Assembly: GCA_034667725.1 (NCBI GenBank)
Contig: JAXDQS010000005.1
Span: 1-64,000 of the forward strand
DNA from: Thermoplasmata archaeon
GTDB lineage: Archaea; Thermoplasmatota; E2; JACPAO01; JAHFTW01
Length of the DNA stretch: 64,000 nt
Direction of reading: 5' to 3'
The translations under genes were made by a program, and so were the position numbers. Numbering within the stretch: the first letter of the stretch is position 1; each line of letters begins with the position of its first letter. Positions 48,013-58,052 of the stretch are shown in pieces. Below the pieces are notes generated by a model. It made no database searches and had not been told where the DNA came from. It was given only the letters and a program-made list of their open reading frames with translations.

Positions 48013-48855
48013 TCAGGCTGCCTTCATCGTCGAGTGCACCACGACCTCGACCACGACGCTCTGGTTGGGGGCGCCCGAGTACACCGACACGAAGTAGCTC
48101 GCCGTCCCCTCAGGAACAGCAAGAACAACGCCGTCGTTGCTCTCCACGGTCCCTTCCGTCGCGGCTCCAGAGATCGCGGTCCCGTCGGGGGCGCACAAGG
48201 CGATCTCGCCTGTTCCCGAAACAAAAGTCGCCGTGATGTAGGTCGCCCCCTCGTACACGGGGAACAGCCGCGCCGCCCAGTTGGTGGCGTCGACCTGCGG
48301 GACGCCGGAGGCGCCTTCGCAGCTTTCGGCCTCGGCGACCGTCGACGGCAGGGCGCCTTGGAAGTTGGCGCCGGCGCCCAGGGTGAGGTTCAGGTCGACG
48401 TAGGCGTGGGTCCGCAGGTTGGTGAGGCCGTTGCGCTTGTCGACGGCGGACACGGTCACGTTGACGGGGCCGGGCACGCGCATCTGGAAGGTCTGGGGGG
48501 TCGAGGCGCCGCCCGAGTAGAGCAGGCGGGCGGGCATGGTGCCGTTGGCGTCCGTGAGCGCGATGGCGATGGCGGAGATGCCGTCGCCGTCGGGGTCGAA
48601 CGACTGGGAGGCGTCGAAGGTGAGGTTGCCGCCCACGACGGTGACGTTGCCGGCGGCGCCGTTGGCGGTGACGTTCAGGACGATGCGCGGGAACTCGTTC
48701 GGCCTGGCCGTGGTGGTCGGGCCCGTGGTGGTGCCCGTCGTGCCGTGGGTGTGGCCGGTGCCGTCGGTGTGGGTGTCGTCCGTGGTGCCGTCGTCGGAGC
48801 CGGAGCAGCCGGCGAGCGCCAGCAGGGCGGCAAGGAGGAGGGCGAGCTTCCGCAT
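48013..48855 (-). CDS. Lipoprotein with PKD-like domain
   Basis: LAGC lipobox, Thr/His-rich linker, FDASQSFDPDGD. Confidence 0.8.
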   Translation of the reverse strand: MRKLALLLAALLALAGCSGSDDGTTDDTHTDGTGHTHGTTGTTTGPTTTARPNEFPRIVLNVTANGAAGNVTVVGGNLTFDASQSFDPDGDGISAIAIALTDANGTMPARLLYSGGASTPQTFQMRVPGPVNVTVSAVDKRNGLTNLRTHAYVDLNLTLGAGANFQGALPSTVAEAESCEGASGVPQVDATNWAARLFPVYEGATYITATFVSGTGEIALCAPDGTAISGAATEGTVESNDGVVLAVPEGTASYFVSVYSGAPNQSVVVEVVVHSTMKAA

Positions 48856-48950
48856 GGGCGCCGGCAAGGGCTCGTGGCTTAAGCCTCGCGGGTGGCGCGC
48901 GGTTGACTTGTGGCGGGGCAAATGCCCAAGAACGACGCCCCGGTCGCGCC

Positions 48951-51338
48951 ATGATGACGGGCCCTGCCGCCGCGAACCTGGAGAAGTGGTCGGTCGAGCT
49001 GGAGGCCCGGGTCGCCGCCGAGCTTGCCGCCCGGCCGGTGCGGTTCGTCGGCGACGGCGAGCGTCCCGTGTGGTCGATCGACACGCCGCCGCCCTATCCG
49101 TCGGGCAAGTGGCACATCGGCGCCGTTGCGGGCTATTCGCTCATCGACGTCATCGCGCGGGCGAAGCGGATGGAGGGCTTCGACGTGCTGTTCCCGTGGG
49201 GCGTGGACCGCAACGGCATCAACATCGAGCTGGCGCTGGAGAAGAAGGCCGGCAAGCGGATGCAGGACTGGCCCGGTGGCCGCGAGGCGTTCAACAAGGC
49301 GTGCGCGGAGGAGATCCAGAAGTTCTCGGACGACATGGTGCGCATCGCGCAGCGTGTGGGGCTGTCCGCCGACTTCACGGGGCCGCTGGCGTATGCGACC
49401 GACGCGCCGGAGTACCGCGCCTTCAGCCAAGCCTGCTTCTTGCAGCTGTTCGAGGCGGGGCTCGTCGTCGAGGACCTGCGCCCGAACGCCTACGACCCGA
49501 AGCTGGGCACGGCCATCGCGGACGCGGATATCTACTACGACGACCGCAAGACGCGCCTCAACCACGTGCGCTGGCGGCTGCAAGGGTCGGACGCGACCAT
49601 CGTCATCTCCACCACCCGGCCCGAGCTCTTGGGCGCCTGCCGCGCCGTCCTGGTCCATCCCGACAACGAGGCCACGCGCCACCTCGTCGGCAAGACCGCC
49701 ATCGTGCCTCTTGTCGGCCGCCCCGTCCAGATCCAGGCGCACCCGCACGTGAAGGCCGACTTCGGCTCGGGCATCATGATGGTGTGCAGCTACGGCGACC
49801 AGGCGGACGTGGCGTTGTTCCGGGAGCTGCGGTTGGAGCCCATCGCCGCCATCGGCCTCGACGGGCGCATGACGGAGGCCGCCGGCCCGGTGGCGGGCAT
49901 GAAGGTCGAGGAGGCGCGCAAGGCCATCATCGAGCAGCTCGAGAAGGACGGCCTCATGGAGGGCCACGCCGTGGTGGACCAGAAGTTCCCGATCAGCGAG
50001 CGTTCCGGCGCCGCGGTCGAGACCATCCTCCTGAAGGAGTGGTACGTCAAGCAGACCCACTGCACCGACGACCTGCGCCGCATCGCGGGCGAGATGGAGT
50101 TCCACCCGCCCAAGCACCGCCAGCTCTTGTTGGACTGGATCGACACGGTGACGATCGACTGGCCGGTCTCGCGCCGCCGCTACTACCACACCGAGATCCC
50201 GCTGTGGCACGTTGTCGGCCCGAACGGCGACGAGACCGACGCTGTCGTCGTGCCCCCGCCCGGCCCGTACCACCGCCCTTGGCTGGAGCAGCCGCCCGCG
50301 GGGTCGCGGGTGCTGTCGCGCGCCGCCCGCAAGCCGCTCGGCGACCTCGGCGCCTACCTCCAAGGCCACCCCGGCCACACCGTCGTCGGCGAGCAGAAGG
50401 TGTTCGACACCTGGATGGACTCCAGCGTCTCCAACCTCTACATCCTGCGCCAGTTCCGCGGCACGGCCTGGGGCAAGGACCACGTCTGCTCCGTCCGCCC
50501 GCAGGGCCGCGACATCGTGCGCACCTGGCTCTACTACACCACCCTCAAGACCTGGCTGCTGCGCGGCGAGAAGGCGTTCGAGCACGCTTGGATCACCGGC
50601 CTCGGCATGGACAAGCAGGGCCGCAAGATGTCCAAGTCGCTGGGCAACGTCATCGACCCCGACCTCATCGTCCAGAAGGTCGGCTCCGATGCGTTCCGGC
50701 TGTGGATCGCGGGCGAATCGACCGTCGGCGACGACTTCCGCATCAACGAGGAGAAGATCGCGGGGGCGGGCAAGTTCATGCAGAAGCTCGCCAACGTGGC
50801 GGCCTTCGTGGGCAAGTTCCCCCAGCAGCCCCTCCGCCCCGCCCGCCTCCAGCCCGCCGACGAGTGGATCCTGGGCGAGCTCGACGCCACCATCCGCACC
50901 GCTGTTGCCGCCTACAAGGAGCTGGACTTCTTCACGCCCGCCAACACGGTGCGCTCGTTCGTCTGGAACACGTTCGCGCCGCACTACGTCGAGATGGTCA
51001 AGGGCCGCGCCTACAACGGCGACCCCGCCGCCTGCTGGACGCTCCACGAGGTCCTGAAGTCGGTCTTGCTGCTGTTGGCGCCCATCACGCCGTTCGCCAG
51101 CCACTACTACGCCAACGGCATCTACGGCCTCGACGTCCACCGCGCCCCCTACCCGCACCCCGTCGGCGCCCAGCACGACCCCAAGCGCACCGAGGCCATC
51201 GTCGCGTTCAATTCCCAGGTGTGGAAGGCCAAGCAGGAGAAGGGCCTCAGCCTCGGCGCCCCCCTCGAGGGCCTGCCGGTCCCCGCCGACCTGAAGCCCT
51301 ACGAGCCAGACCTCAAGGACATGCACAAGCTGGCGTGA
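48951..51338 (+). CDS. valS: Valine--tRNA ligase (archaeal type)
   Basis: DTPPPYPSG..HIGA, TTRPEL, DTWMDSS, PQGRDIVRTW, KMSKS. Confidence 0.92.
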   Translation: MMTGPAAANLEKWSVELEARVAAELAARPVRFVGDGERPVWSIDTPPPYPSGKWHIGAVAGYSLIDVIARAKRMEGFDVLFPWGVDRNGINIELALEKKAGKRMQDWPGGREAFNKACAEEIQKFSDDMVRIAQRVGLSADFTGPLAYATDAPEYRAFSQACFLQLFEAGLVVEDLRPNAYDPKLGTAIADADIYYDDRKTRLNHVRWRLQGSDATIVISTTRPELLGACRAVLVHPDNEATRHLVGKTAIVPLVGRPVQIQAHPHVKADFGSGIMMVCSYGDQADVALFRELRLEPIAAIGLDGRMTEAAGPVAGMKVEEARKAIIEQLEKDGLMEGHAVVDQKFPISERSGAAVETILLKEWYVKQTHCTDDLRRIAGEMEFHPPKHRQLLLDWIDTVTIDWPVSRRRYYHTEIPLWHVVGPNGDETDAVVVPPPGPYHRPWLEQPPAGSRVLSRAARKPLGDLGAYLQGHPGHTVVGEQKVFDTWMDSSVSNLYILRQFRGTAWGKDHVCSVRPQGRDIVRTWLYYTTLKTWLLRGEKAFEHAWITGLGMDKQGRKMSKSLGNVIDPDLIVQKVGSDAFRLWIAGESTVGDDFRINEEKIAGAGKFMQKLANVAAFVGKFPQQPLRPARLQPADEWILGELDATIRTAVAAYKELDFFTPANTVRSFVWNTFAPHYVEMVKGRAYNGDPAACWTLHEVLKSVLLLLAPITPFASHYYANGIYGLDVHRAPYPHPVGAQHDPKRTEAIVAFNSQVWKAKQEKGLSLGAPLEGLPVPADLKPYEPDLKDMHKLA

Positions 51339-51340
51339 CC

Positions 51341-51694
51341 ATGGCCTCCGACGCCGCGTTCCTCCAGGTCGCCTTGCTGGCCGCCCGGGCCGACGGCAAG
51401 CTCCAGCCCGAGGAGCTGCGCGCCATCGCGCAACGCATGGGGCACCCCGCCACCGAGGCGGCGCTGCGGGAGGCCGCGGCCTGGCTCGACCAGACTGACC
51501 CGGAGGACCTGTTCGACGCGCTGCCGCGCGAGTTCCCGACCCGCGCCGAGCGGATGCAGGCGCTGGCGCTGGCGTGCAAGGTCGCCGACGCCGACGGGAT
51601 GCTGGCGTGGAGCGAGACGGGCGTCCTGACCCGGATGGCGCAGGCGTTCGAGATGGACCCGCGCGACGTCCGCCGGGTGCTGGCCGGGCGATGA
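51341..51694 (+). CDS. TerB-like protein
   Basis: ARADG..EE and VADADG..SE motifs. Confidence 0.75.
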   Translation: MASDAAFLQVALLAARADGKLQPEELRAIAQRMGHPATEAALREAAAWLDQTDPEDLFDALPREFPTRAERMQALALACKVADADGMLAWSETGVLTRMAQAFEMDPRDVRRVLAGR

Positions 51695-52587
51695 CGCGCG
51701 CGACGACGGGCATCCTGCTGGCCTTCGCCGCCTACGCGTCGTGGGGCCTGCTGTCGCCCGTCGGCAAGCACCTCTTGGCCACCGAGGCGCCGATGGGGCT
51801 CAACGCGCTCCGCTTCACCCTCGCGGCCCTCCTGGTGCTCGCGGCCATCGGGCCGGAGGCCGTGCGCGCCTCGTTCGCCCTGCTGCGCGACCGCCGCCTG
51901 TGGTGGGCGAACCTGCTGGCCAACGTCAGCCTGACCTTGTTCCTCTACAGCCTGCAGCTGCTGCCGCTTGCGACCTACGCGACGCTCGGCTTCTTCACCG
52001 CGCCGTTGTGGACGGCGGCGCTGGCCCACCGGTTCCTGGGCGAGCGGGCGGGGCCGTGGTTCCTGCCGGCGTGCGGCGCCATGATGGCGGGCGGCTGGCT
52101 GGCGCTCTTTGGGCTGGCGGGGCCGCCCGCGGGCTTCGACGTCCTGGGCATGGCGCTCGCGGTCGCCTCGGGCCTGCTGTGGGCGGTCTACTCGGTCGAG
52201 CTTCGGAAGGCCGCCCCCTCGATCCCGCTGCGGCCGCTCATGGGCGCGTCGTTCGTGATGGCCGCCCTGTACTTCGTGGCGCTCGCCCTCGTCGTCGAAG
52301 GCCCGCCCAACCTCCTGCACCGGGACACCGCCACCTGGGCGTGGCTGGCGCTCTACGTCGCCGTGCCGACCCTGGCCTCGTTCGTCCTGTTCAACGCCGC
52401 CCTGCAACGCGCCGGCGCGGGGCCGGTCAACCTGCTGGTGGGCGCCGAGCTGGCCTTCACCGCCCTGTTCGCGTGGCTGCTGTTCGGGGACGCCTTGGGC
52501 CTCGCCCAGGCCGCGGGGCTCGTCCTCGTCCTCGGCAGCGTCACCGCCTACCTGTTCAGCAGGTCGGCGCCGGAGCCCGCCCTTTAA
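51691..52587 (+). CDS. DMT/EamA-family transporter
   Basis: Two EamA repeats, about ten TM segments. Confidence 0.88.
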   Translation: MTRATTGILLAFAAYASWGLLSPVGKHLLATEAPMGLNALRFTLAALLVLAAIGPEAVRASFALLRDRRLWWANLLANVSLTLFLYSLQLLPLATYATLGFFTAPLWTAALAHRFLGERAGPWFLPACGAMMAGGWLALFGLAGPPAGFDVLGMALAVASGLLWAVYSVELRKAAPSIPLRPLMGASFVMAALYFVALALVVEGPPNLLHRDTATWAWLALYVAVPTLASFVLFNAALQRAGAGPVNLLVGAELAFTALFAWLLFGDALGLAQAAGLVLVLGSVTAYLFSRSAPEPAL

Positions 52588-52613
52588 GCCCAAGGCGTCG
52601 GCTCCTGGCCTGC

Positions 52614-53894
52614 ATGGAGGAGCGCGGTGCCTGGGCCGACGGCCTGGCCTCGGGGCGCATCGAGGCCGCCGTGCTGCTGCGCGGCTACGAGCGGCTGCTG
52701 GACGCCGCGTTGGCGCACCTCCGCCTCGACGAGATGCTCCCCGAGCTGCTGCAGCGCACCCGGCAAATCCTCGGCACCGACGCCGCCGGCGTGCTGTTCC
52801 TGGAGGAGGACGGCCTGCTGCACCTGCGCGCGCTGGTGGGCATCGAGGGCGTGGACGCCGGCACGGTCAGGGTCCATCCGGGCGCCGGCTTCGCGGGCCG
52901 CATCGTTGCCTCCGGCAAGCCGCTCGTGCTGCACGACGTCCAGGCCGGCACCGTGGTGCAGCGCTTCTTCGTCACGGCCGGCTACCAGACCCTGATGGGC
53001 GTCCCCCTCGTCGTCGAAGGCCGCGTCCTCGGCGTCCTGGAGGTCGGCAGCGTCGACCACCGCCCGTTCAGCGACACCGACCTGCGCGTGCTGGAGCTGG
53101 TGGCCGACCGGGTCGCCGTCGCGCTCGACCGCGCCCGCCTGCTGGAGCGCGAGCAGCAGCGCCGCGCCGAGGCCGAGCAGGCCGCCCAGTTCAAGGGCGA
53201 GGTCCTGAGCATGGCGAGCCACGACCTCAAGACCCCGCTCACGGCGCTCAAGCTCCAGTCCGCCTTGCTGGGCACCGACCTGCCGCCGGAGCAGCGCGCC
53301 AAGGCCGCCGCCGTGGTGCAGCGCAACCTGCGCCGCCTGGAGCTGCTGCTCGACGACTTTCTGGACATGGCGCGCCTGGAGGCCGGCAGCTTCGTGCTGC
53401 GCGCCGGCCCCGTCGACCTGGCCCACCTGGCGCGCGACTTGGCCGAGACCTTCGCCGGCGAGGCCGAGGAACGGGGCCTGCGCCTCCTGGTGGACCTGCC
53501 CGGCGCGCTGCCGGCGGCCGGCGACGAGCGCCGCCTGGTGCAGGTCCTGAGCAACCTCATCTCGAACGCCATCCGCTACACGCCCGAGGGCGGCAGCATC
53601 GCCGTCTCGGGCCGGGACGCGGGCGGCTGGGTCGAGGCCGCGGTCCAGGACACCGGCCACGGCCTCACGCCGCGCCAGATGGAGCGCCTGTTCCAGCCGT
53701 TCACGCAGGTGCAGGGCGTGCGCGACAACCGCGCCGGCGCCGGGCTGGGCCTGTGGATCGCGCACCAGGTGGTCGCGCAGCACGGCGGCGAGCTCGTGGC
53801 CCACAGCGACGGCGAGGATCAGGGGAGCACGTTCACGCTGCGGCTGCGGCGGGCCGGGCCGGACGGCGTGGCCGTCAGGCCGCGCGAACCGTGA
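52614..53894 (+). CDS. GAF-domain sensor histidine kinase
   Basis: GAF (GVPL..GVLEV), SHDLKTPL, NLISNAIRY, DTGHG, GLGL; CTTTAAG about 30 nt upstream. Confidence 0.92.
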   Translation: MEERGAWADGLASGRIEAAVLLRGYERLLDAALAHLRLDEMLPELLQRTRQILGTDAAGVLFLEEDGLLHLRALVGIEGVDAGTVRVHPGAGFAGRIVASGKPLVLHDVQAGTVVQRFFVTAGYQTLMGVPLVVEGRVLGVLEVGSVDHRPFSDTDLRVLELVADRVAVALDRARLLEREQQRRAEAEQAAQFKGEVLSMASHDLKTPLTALKLQSALLGTDLPPEQRAKAAAVVQRNLRRLELLLDDFLDMARLEAGSFVLRAGPVDLAHLARDLAETFAGEAEERGLRLLVDLPGALPAAGDERRLVQVLSNLISNAIRYTPEGGSIAVSGRDAGGWVEAAVQDTGHGLTPRQMERLFQPFTQVQGVRDNRAGAGLGLWIAHQVVAQHGGELVAHSDGEDQGSTFTLRLRRAGPDGVAVRPREP

Positions 53895-54756
53895 CGGGCA
53901 GCATGCTGCGCAGCTGCTCGTCGCCCAGCGGCTTGCGGAGCACGCCGTGGACGCCGGCGGCGCGGGCGCGCACCTCGATCTCCTGCGCCACGTAGCTCGT
54001 CATGAGGTAGCGCTTGGTGCCGGGCTGGACCGTGCGCGCCATCCGCAAGAGGGCGATGCCGTCCAGGTCCGGCAGCCGCAGGTCGCACAGCACGGCGTCG
54101 TAGTGGCGCTGCGGCAGGGCCTGGATGGCGGCCTTGCCGTTGGCGGCCGTGACCACGTCGATGCCGGGGTGGCGGGCGCGCAGGTAGGCCTCGAAGCCCT
54201 CGCGGGCGTCCACGTCGTCCTCGACCAGCAGGATGGCGGGGCGGTCGCCGCGCGACTGGCGCCAGGCCTGCATCCGGTCGCCCAGGCGCTCCAAGAGCGG
54301 GCGGTGGTCCGCGTTGGCGCGCAGCGCGGGCTTGTCGGGGAACAGGTCGCGCACCGACTCGAGGCGGGTGCGCTGCATCTCGTCGCCGTGCTCCAGCACC
54401 AGCCAGCGGGCGGACAGGCGCATGCCGCGCCAGGCGTCCTCGACGGCGTAGTCGGCGTCCAAGACGTCGCCCTTGGCGTTGAGGAACAGCTCGCCGGCGC
54501 GCCGGCCGGCCATGCCGCAGGCGGCCATGTCCTGCAGGAAGCGCTGGGCGCGGCGCTCCAGCACCGCCAGCGCCAGCTTGTCCGAGACGGTCCACGGGCC
54601 GGGGCTGTCGGCGAGCACGGGCGGCGGGAAGGTGACGCGCAGCTCGCCGTCCGGGTCCGCAAGCCAGGCCAGGCAGTCCGCGAGGACTTCCTGTTGCTGG
54701 ACGATGCGCTCGCAGAGAGCCTCATAGGAGGCCGGCGGGGCGTCGGCGGCGCTCAA
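53875..54756 (-). CDS. Response regulator with uncharacterised N-terminal domain and C-terminal REC
   Basis: LLVEDD, DLRLPDLDG, KP; TTG start uncertain. Confidence 0.8.
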   Translation of the reverse strand: MSAADAPPASYEALCERIVQQQEVLADCLAWLADPDGELRVTFPPPVLADSPGPWTVSDKLALAVLERRAQRFLQDMAACGMAGRRAGELFLNAKGDVLDADYAVEDAWRGMRLSARWLVLEHGDEMQRTRLESVRDLFPDKPALRANADHRPLLERLGDRMQAWRQSRGDRPAILLVEDDVDAREGFEAYLRARHPGIDVVTAANGKAAIQALPQRHYDAVLCDLRLPDLDGIALLRMARTVQPGTKRYLMTSYVAQEIEVRARAAGVHGVLRKPLGDEQLRSMLPVTVRAA

Positions 54757-54871
54757 CGGCCCAGCCTAGCGGGGACGGCCACTATCATCCACATGTCGCG
54801 TTACCCTCCTGCCGAACCGGTGCCAACGTTGTCCCTGAACCGCTATGGGCCGCCGTGGACGACGAACGCCT

Positions 54872-55765
54872 ATGGACCGGACCCCCACCCTCCTTCTCGG
54901 CTGCTTCACCGCCTTCGCCACCCTTCTTGCCATCCCTGTCGCGACCGCCCAGGACGCCGGCGCCGAGTGTGACGTGCACACGGAGCTCCTGGCCGACATC
55001 CAGTATTACCTCGACGGCGGCCTGGTCGCCTCCGGCACCGCGCTGCAAGGCAACGTCCAGACCGGCGGCAACCTCACCGCCCAGGTCACCGTCGCCGAAG
55101 GCTGCGAGGCCCAGGTCGCGCTCGTGGCCTACGACGTCGACGCCGCAAGCGACGTGGCCGCCGCCGTCTCGGTGGACGCCCAGCTGCTCGGCGAAGGCAC
55201 CCACAACCTGACCGTCGCCGTCCCCGACTGCCTGTTCGAGGTCACCCTGGTCGCCGGCGCCGTCCTCGAGGCCGCCACCAGCCCCGAGGTGCTCTACCAG
55301 GCCGAAGGGCGGCTGATCGCGTTCGCCACCGGCGGCCTCGACTGCACCGTCCAGGTGCTGCCCGACCTCCCCTGCCCCGGCAACGTGGTCGTGAGCGCCC
55401 AGGCGGACGGCACGGTGCTGCTGGAGTTCTTGGGCGCCATCGACGGCGACCTCGGCCTCGACCTGGACGCCACCGCCACCACCGAGACCGCCGCCTTGGC
55501 CGTCCTGCGCGCCACCCCCGGCGGCGCCTTCGAGACCATCGCCACCGTGTCCACGGGGACGACCTCCTACCTCGACACCACCGCCGCCGAGGGCGAGGTG
55601 TACCTGTACGCGGTCGTGCTGGTCCAAGGCGACCTCGTGCTCACGCTCGACTGCCCCGTGAACGAGGTCACCACCATCCCCGACCTGCCCACGGGCATCG
55701 CCGTCGGCGCCGCGGGCATCCTCGGCACCGGCGCCTACGCCCTGCTGCGCCGCCGCAAGGCCTAG
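54872..55765 (+). CDS. Acidic secreted surface protein with PEF-CTERM-like anchor (IPDLPT)
   Basis: Signal peptide, Fn3-like domain, IPDLPT-TM-RRRKA. Confidence 0.82.
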   Translation: MDRTPTLLLGCFTAFATLLAIPVATAQDAGAECDVHTELLADIQYYLDGGLVASGTALQGNVQTGGNLTAQVTVAEGCEAQVALVAYDVDAASDVAAAVSVDAQLLGEGTHNLTVAVPDCLFEVTLVAGAVLEAATSPEVLYQAEGRLIAFATGGLDCTVQVLPDLPCPGNVVVSAQADGTVLLEFLGAIDGDLGLDLDATATTETAALAVLRATPGGAFETIATVSTGTTSYLDTTAAEGEVYLYAVVLVQGDLVLTLDCPVNEVTTIPDLPTGIAVGAAGILGTGAYALLRRRKA

Positions 55766-55894
55766 GCCCGCCTCTGAAGCCTCCCTCCTTTTTCCCCCTC
55801 CCATAAGGGACAAGAACCGTGCACAAACCGGCCCCGCCGCCGCGCTTTCCGCCCCAAAGGACATTAACGATCCCGCCTCCTCTGCCCGTATCGG

Positions 55895-58024
55895 GTGTTT
55901 CTGGTGAAGGACCATCTCCTCCAACTTTACGAGGACGACCGGTTCCTGGTCGAACGGGTGGCGCGCCACCTCGCGGAGGGCGCGGCCTTGGGCGAGCCGG
56001 CCGTCGTCATCGCGACCCCCGCCCACCGCGCCGCCCTGGCGGGCCTGGCGCCGGCGGGCGTCCGCTTCCTGGACGCCGCCGACACCCTCGCGCAGTTCAT
56101 GGCCGACGGCACGCCCGACCCGGCCCGCTTCGAGGCCGTGGTCGGCGGCGTCGTGCGCGAGCTCGGCGCCGGCGGCCGGCGGGTGCGCGCCTTCGGCGAG
56201 ATGGTCGCCCTGCTGTGGGCCGACGGCCGCAGCGAGGCCGCCCTGGCCCTGGAGGAGCTGTGGAACGGCCTCGGCCAGCGCCACCAGATCCTGCTGCTGT
56301 GCGCCTACCCGATGGACGCCTTCGGCGGCGCCAGCCAGGCGGCGGCGTTCCTGCGCGTCTGCGCCGCCCATGGCGAGACCCGGCCGAGCGAGGCGTTCCC
56401 GCCCGAGGGCGCCGACCGCGGCCGCTACGTCGCCCACCTCCAGCAGCAGGCCCGGGCGCTCGCCGGCGAGGCCGGCCTGCGCGCCCGCCTCGCGGCGTCG
56501 CTGGCGGAGCGCGAGCGCGAACTGGCCGACTTCTGCGAGAACGCCGTCGAAGGCCTGCACAAGGTCGGCGCCGACGGCCGCATCTTGTGGGCCAACCAGG
56601 CGCAGCTCGACCTGCTCGGCTACACCCGCGACGAGTACGTCGGCCGCCCCATGGCCGAGTTCCACGCCGACCCCGCCGTCCTCGAAGGGGTCCTTGAGCG
56701 CCTGCGCCGCGGCGAGGCCGTCACGAACCAGCCCATCCGGCTGCGCGCCAAGGACGGCACCATCCGGCACCTCATGGTGTACTCCAACGCCCACCACGAG
56801 GACGGCAAGCTGGCGTACACCCGCTGCTTCATGCGCGACGTGACCGACTCGATGCGCCTGGAGCAGGAGCGCGTCCGCCGCATGGAGGAGCTGGCCGACG
56901 CCGACCGCCGCAAGGACCAGTTCATCGGCATGCTGGCCCACGAGCTGCGGAACCCGCTCGCCCCCATCCTCATGGCCTCCGAGCTGGTGCGCCGCAACCG
57001 CGCCGACCCCGACAAGGTGCTGGCCTGGACCGCCACCATCGAGCGCCAGGCCAACCAGATGCGCCGCCTCGTGGAGGACCTGCTGGACGTGTCCCGCATC
57101 ACCTCCGGCAGCTTCCGCCTCCAGCGCGCCCCCGTCCCGCTCCACCAGGTCGTCGAGACCGCCATCGAGCAGGCCCGCCCTGTCCTCGAAAGCCGCGGCC
57201 ACGCCTTCGCCCGCGACATCCCCCCCGACCCCGTCCTGCTGCTCGGCGACGGCGCCCGCCTCGCCCAGATGGTCGGCAACCTGCTGCACAACGCCGCCAA
57301 GTTCACCCCCGCCGGCGGCCGCGTCCGGCTGCTGGCCCGCGTCCACGAACACGACGGCGGCCAGGACCTCGCCCTCGAGGTCGAGGACTCCGGCATCGGC
57401 ATCCCGCCCGAGGCCCGCACCCGCATCTTCGAGCCGTTCGTCCAGGCCGCCGCCTCCCCCGACCAAGGCCCCAGCGGCCTCGGCATCGGCCTCGCCGTCG
57501 TGCGCCGCATCGCCGAGCTGCACGACGGCACCGTCGTCGCCGACAGCCCCGGCGCCGGCCAAGGCAGCACCTTCCGCGTCGTCATCCCCCTGCCCGCCCA
57601 GCCCGCCCCGCCGACGGCCGCCGACCCGCGGCGGCCGGCAGGCGCCGGGCGGCGCGTGCTGGTGGTCGACGACAACCCCGACGTCGCCGCCTCGCTGCAA
57701 GCCTACCTGGAGGCCGAAGGCCACCGGGTGCGGACGCGAGGCGACGGGGCGTCGGCGCTCGCGGCCGTGGCCGCCGAGCCGCCGGAGGTCGCCATCCTGG
57801 ACATCGGGCTGCCCGGCATGGACGGCCACGAGCTGGCCCGCCGCATCCGGATCGCCTGCCCCGAGACCGAGCTGGTCGCGCTGTCCGGGTACGCCCAGGC
57901 CGCCGACCAGGCACGCTCGCGGGCGGCAGGGTTCCAGCACCACTTGGCGAAGCCGCCGGACCTGGCACGGCTCTTGGGGATCCTGGCGCCGCGCCGGGCC
58001 CCGGCGATTGTCCCTGAAACGTGA
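55895..58024 (+). CDS. Hybrid histidine kinase MEDS-PAS-HisKA-HATPase-REC
   Basis: VRAFGEMVALLW..LEELWN (MEDS), PAS, AHELRNPL, NAAKFT, DIGLPGMDG. Confidence 0.92.
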   Translation: MFLVKDHLLQLYEDDRFLVERVARHLAEGAALGEPAVVIATPAHRAALAGLAPAGVRFLDAADTLAQFMADGTPDPARFEAVVGGVVRELGAGGRRVRAFGEMVALLWADGRSEAALALEELWNGLGQRHQILLLCAYPMDAFGGASQAAAFLRVCAAHGETRPSEAFPPEGADRGRYVAHLQQQARALAGEAGLRARLAASLAERERELADFCENAVEGLHKVGADGRILWANQAQLDLLGYTRDEYVGRPMAEFHADPAVLEGVLERLRRGEAVTNQPIRLRAKDGTIRHLMVYSNAHHEDGKLAYTRCFMRDVTDSMRLEQERVRRMEELADADRRKDQFIGMLAHELRNPLAPILMASELVRRNRADPDKVLAWTATIERQANQMRRLVEDLLDVSRITSGSFRLQRAPVPLHQVVETAIEQARPVLESRGHAFARDIPPDPVLLLGDGARLAQMVGNLLHNAAKFTPAGGRVRLLARVHEHDGGQDLALEVEDSGIGIPPEARTRIFEPFVQAAASPDQGPSGLGIGLAVVRRIAELHDGTVVADSPGAGQGSTFRVVIPLPAQPAPPTAADPRRPAGAGRRVLVVDDNPDVAASLQAYLEAEGHRVRTRGDGASALAAVAAEPPEVAILDIGLPGMDGHELARRIRIACPETELVALSGYAQAADQARSRAAGFQHHLAKPPDLARLLGILAPRRAPAIVPET

Positions 58025-58052
58025 TGGGCCAGGCTGGGCAGACCCCAAGGCC

